This document shows positions 60,371 through 64,000 of a stretch of 64,000 bases of DNA, piece by piece. Position 1 is the first letter of the stretch, and each line of letters begins with the position of its first letter. Both the position numbers and the translations under genes were made by a program. The DNA is from Lama glama (taxonomy: Eukaryota): contig CM052816.1 in the NCBI GenBank assembly GCA_028534125.1, forward strand, positions 19,718,001 through 19,782,000, written 5' to 3'. The notes beneath the pieces are model-generated. The model did no database searches. It was not told the origin of the DNA and saw only the letters and a list, made by a program, of their open reading frames with translations.

Positions 60371-63299
60371 CTGTGATCTCCACCAGGCTCTCAGAGATGA
60401 CCCACAAAGTTACGGTCATGCTATTTGGTGAGACAGGCCAGATCGGAAACCCAAGGCCTCGGCATGGTTTATAGGCTAATACCACCTCTCCAGGAGAGGC
60501 TAATCCCTTCCTCTTCTTCAGAACTGGCTTGGCTGACTTAAGCCCCAAAGGACACATTTCAGCTTTGTTGGGATCCTGCTGGCAAGCAGAGGAAGGCAGC
60601 AGCCTGTGTCCCTGGGGTCAGCCCCACCTTTTCCCTGCACTGCCAAAGAGGATCCTGGGACAACTTCAGACTTTGTGCACTTTCACTAAAAATCCTAACC
60701 CGGCATTTCAGGAATCCCAGGGCCTGTCCTGTACTCCCAGTACCAAGGCCTGCATTCCCCTTTCACTCAGGCTGAGGGAGGCCACCCACCAGTTAAGGGC
60801 CAGAAGGGAAGCTGGGCCTCGAGGCCTCAGCCCTGTCCAGGGTCCTGACTCCTTGTCACAGCACTTTGTTCCAGCTGGGGGTACCTCCCTCTGGTGTAGA
60901 GAGTGCCCCTTGATTTGTACCCTCAGAGTGCCAAGGTCATCCCAGGGGCAGGCCCGCCAGTCTTGCCTCAACCCAACCCTAGTGCTTTCCATTGCTGGCA
61001 GCTGCTCTACGTACCAGTGTTGCTGCCATGCTAAGTACTCCTGGTCCTGAAATCCCCACCCATCACTGTCCACCTTCAAGGTAGAGGAGAGGAAGGAAAC
61101 CATGGGTCCTTTGGGTCTGTAGCCACCAGTAAGGGGCTCCTGCACCACATGGATCGACTTGCAAGCACTGAGGCTGGGAACTCAGGCCAGACTGAGAGGA
61201 GATCGTGTCAGCAGCCTGAAAACCACCGCACAGGCTTCTTGCTTTGGGGACTGAGCAGAAGGGACTCCAGACCCCCTTTCACCAGGGTGTCCAAAGCCCT
61301 CAGCCCCGAGGCCCAGCAGACTACAAAGGCGTTTCTCTCCAGCCTGAGCACAGAAAGAGAAGGGACAGCCTAGTAAGGAGATTTAGTACAAACATCATCT
61401 GCCGCCAAATCCTTGCTTTCATCTCTGCCTTCTTATGAGCCAAATAATTTGGAAGCTTTCATTGATGGTTTCCTCTCTGCCCCACGATAACTTGGAATTT
61501 ATGCCGGCTACGGCTCAGCCTCCTCACTTAGGGGACAAGGGAAACCTCTCAGGCTGCTCTCCAGGCTGCTGTGGGAGGAAAAGCTTGTCCTTGGCAACAG
61601 TTCAAGGCGGGGAAGGATTCCTCAGCCCTCCAGGAGCCCAGTGCTTGAGGGCGGGTGTGCCCAGTCAAGACTCAGAGCCCACTGAGGAGGGTCTTGGGCT
61701 TCAACCCAGGAGGGTGCATAGCCAGTCCTCAGCAGGGCTGGGGATCAACACCCTTGCAATGCTCTGACACTATTTTTAGATGGGGAAAGGTTCAAAGGCC
61801 CTACACTGGAAAACCCAAGAGGCAGGGGAATTTTCAGCCCCATGCAAATCACTCTTTCACCTCTACATTTGCTTGACACCTGTTTTCTCCCAGCCTGCCT
61901 GCCTATCCTAAGGCGGGTGTAGATGGCAGCTCTGCCCCTGGGCTCTCTACCCAGAGAGGAGTCCCCTCCTTCCGCTGGTGCTTGGAGGAGAGTCAGGGGA
62001 AGAGACTAAGCCAGCAGCAGGAGCTCCCCAGAACTTCCCCACTCTTCTCCTATCTGAATAACCCCTGAAAGCAGGGGGCAGGTGGGATTCTCAGAGGCCC
62101 ATCTGGAGAATTCCTGCCTCCCTGGACCAGAAAGGCACGAAAGGTGGCTATTGTTTTACTAATTCAACCCTAGTAGTAATTGGGAACCCCTGTAGATCTT
62201 AAGAAGAGGGTGGGGTGGAAGAGTGGAGGAGTGGTCTCAGGGGCTCCCAGGGTCCTAGCACACTGCCTCCCACTTCCCAGTGCTCTTTTTCTCCTTTTAC
62301 TGCAGTATAGTTGATTTTCCCAGTGCTCTTGAGCACATCCCTTCCACCCACTGAGCAGGGCTAGACCAGGAGGATACTGAGAGCCTCAAGAACAGCATCC
62401 TCCCATGCCCACCTCACTCGCTGCCTTCGTTCCAGTCCTTACTGCATTCCTAGAGATACCTCCTTCCATCTCCAACCCTCCCCTATAGGGCCAAGGGAGG
62501 GCACTAGGTTGGGGGGTGGGAATGGGAAGCTTTAGGTCTCAAAAGTGCACCCTCACCCCACACACACACACACCAAGGGAGAGTCCAGGGTAGGCCAGTT
62601 CTTGGAGGAGGCGGGGAATCCTTTTTCAAATGCTAGGTTCTGCAGAAGACCTCCCTAGCGGCTGGCTAATGACAGCAGCCCAGGATTGCCCCTGTGGTGA
62701 GGGTGAGGAGAGGAGGTAGGCAGACTCAGAGCAAAGATACCTTCCCTCAACCCATGCCAAGTGCCCGGCCCCAGAACTCTGAGCCTTCCCACCCTGGCAC
62801 TGTTGGCCCCAAGAACTTCACATCTTGGCTATATAACCTTGGGACCTCCAGTTTCCTTATTATAATAGAAAAAATTAGAACTCTGGGCTAGTTTTAAGGA
62901 TTAAAAAAGTAGTGTTCAGACCAGTGTCTGGCTACTCTGTGGGCTGCAGCACAAAGTTTCTCTTAAGAGGCAGATTCAAAACCCCCCTTTTTGGGCACTC
63001 AATGCCCTTGCAGCCTCGTTTGTGCCAAGGGTCTCTTCTGTACCTGGTGCAGTGCATTGAAAATGCAGAGAGAGCATTGAGACCCTAGGATGTGATTTTT
63101 CAGGGGCTGCAGGAGGCAAGATTGCATGTCCATTTTTCTACCCACCCTCCATGCTCTTCTCCACAGCTCTAGAGGCCATAAACACCTCTACCTGCCACAA
63201 GAAACATCCCTGGTCAAAGTAAGGAAGGCTTAAGGTGTTGGTGCATGTGAAATGAGCATAATAAGGAGTGGATGCCCCAACTGGATGATTCTGAGGACT

Positions 63300-63780
63300 C
63301 CATCCTTCACCTCTGTATCAGCAAATCCTGTCACCCTTGGCAAATCCAGTCTCCAAAATGTCCCAAATTTTACCGCTTCTTACTCCACTGCCATCACCCA
63401 GCTCTAAGCCACCACTGTTTCTCTCCTAGACAACTACCGAAACACCTTCCCTGCTCCCACCCTCGCCTATCATATTCCCTTCTCCTCAAAGCAGCCACTG
63501 GGACCTTTTATTAAAACTGCAGACTATGTTATTACCTGGCTTATGATCCTTGAAAGGCTGCTCCTCTCACTCAGATTGATGGGAACATTTTTACAACAGC
63601 TATAAGGCTATGAGAAGTGGCACCCCCACCACGTCCTCTCATTCATTCCATTCAGCGACACCGGTGTCATTTTGCAATGACTGTGCCCTCTTCAGGAATG
63701 CTCTTCCCCCATAGAGCCCTCCCTCTCCACAGGTCTCTCTTCCTGTCCCCTCTCCACTTCCGTTTCTTCTTTCTCCAGGA
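63300..63780 (+). mobile_element. L2 relic
   Basis: cagcaaatcctgtc...tccactgccatcacccagctctaagccaccactgtttctctcctagacaactac...tctcctcaaagcagcca. Confidence 0.65.
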
Positions 63781-63797
63781 CACTTATCACTACCCAC

Positions 63798-63886
63798 CTC
63801 TGAGGGTTTCTTTTCGTTCTGCCGGGGCCAGCCCGATTTGGTGTTGCTGGGCAGTTTGGAGCATCTTGATGCAGATGTAGCGTGAC
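63798..63886 (-). CDS. JADE2: JADE2 coding exon (89 bp): (x)HATSASRCSKLPSNTKSGWPRQNEKKPSE; start codon exon lies beyond the window
   Basis: ctctctctgcag|GTCACG...TCAGAG|gtgggt; matches the JADE2 N-terminal region. Confidence 0.96.
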
Positions 63887-64000
63887 CTGCAGAGAGAGCA
63901 CAGCCCATTAGGGGCCCCCTGGAAGGCGTGGAACACCACCCAACCATCTCCAAGGAAAGGAAGTCTGTAAGTAAAGCTCTGCCTTGAATGTTCAGGAGGT

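Noticed and set aside
59030..61148. Intronic ORFs of 146-181 aa (59030..59575, 60529..61050, 60708..61148)
   Set aside because: No similarity to known families, composition typical of random GC-rich frames, and no supporting gene structure.
1..64000. Prokaryotic-style novel systems (CRISPR arrays, operons, defence islands) or an intact novel enzyme gene
   Set aside because: The sequence is spliced mammalian DNA. I saw no repeat-spacer array, and no long ORF is unexplained by SAR1B, JADE2, repeats or chance.

Overview
Mammalian genomic DNA, most likely camelid (two tRNA-derived SINEs and an L1 3' end look camelid-type). It holds two convergent, tail-to-tail genes. On the + strand are the last five coding exons of SAR1B (COPII small GTPase; 3143-11078, first coding exon upstream of the window) and a 3' UTR with proximal (11569) and distal (15774) AATAAA signals. 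On the - strand are ten coding exons of JADE2/PHF15 (PZP-domain scaffold of the HBO1/KAT7 acetyltransferase complex; 63886 down to stop 29412, start codon beyond the right end), with a ~3.9 kb 3' UTR ending near 25510. All exons have GT-AG boundaries and join in frame. The rest is intron or intergenic DNA with L1, L2, MIR, MER (hAT), MLT1 and SINE relics. The window switches from AT-rich to GC-rich at about 17.6 kb. I found no new protein-coding system. The best leads are regulatory and unproven: an orphan CpG-rich element (~23.15-23.93 kb) with a CTCF motif and two divergent splice donors, a well-bounded antisense exon candidate in the SAR1B 3' UTR, three co-oriented CTCF motifs, a double DR4 element, and intronic enhancer-like motif clusters. 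Exon numbers, repeat family names and human comparisons are from memory, and repeat boundaries are approximate.
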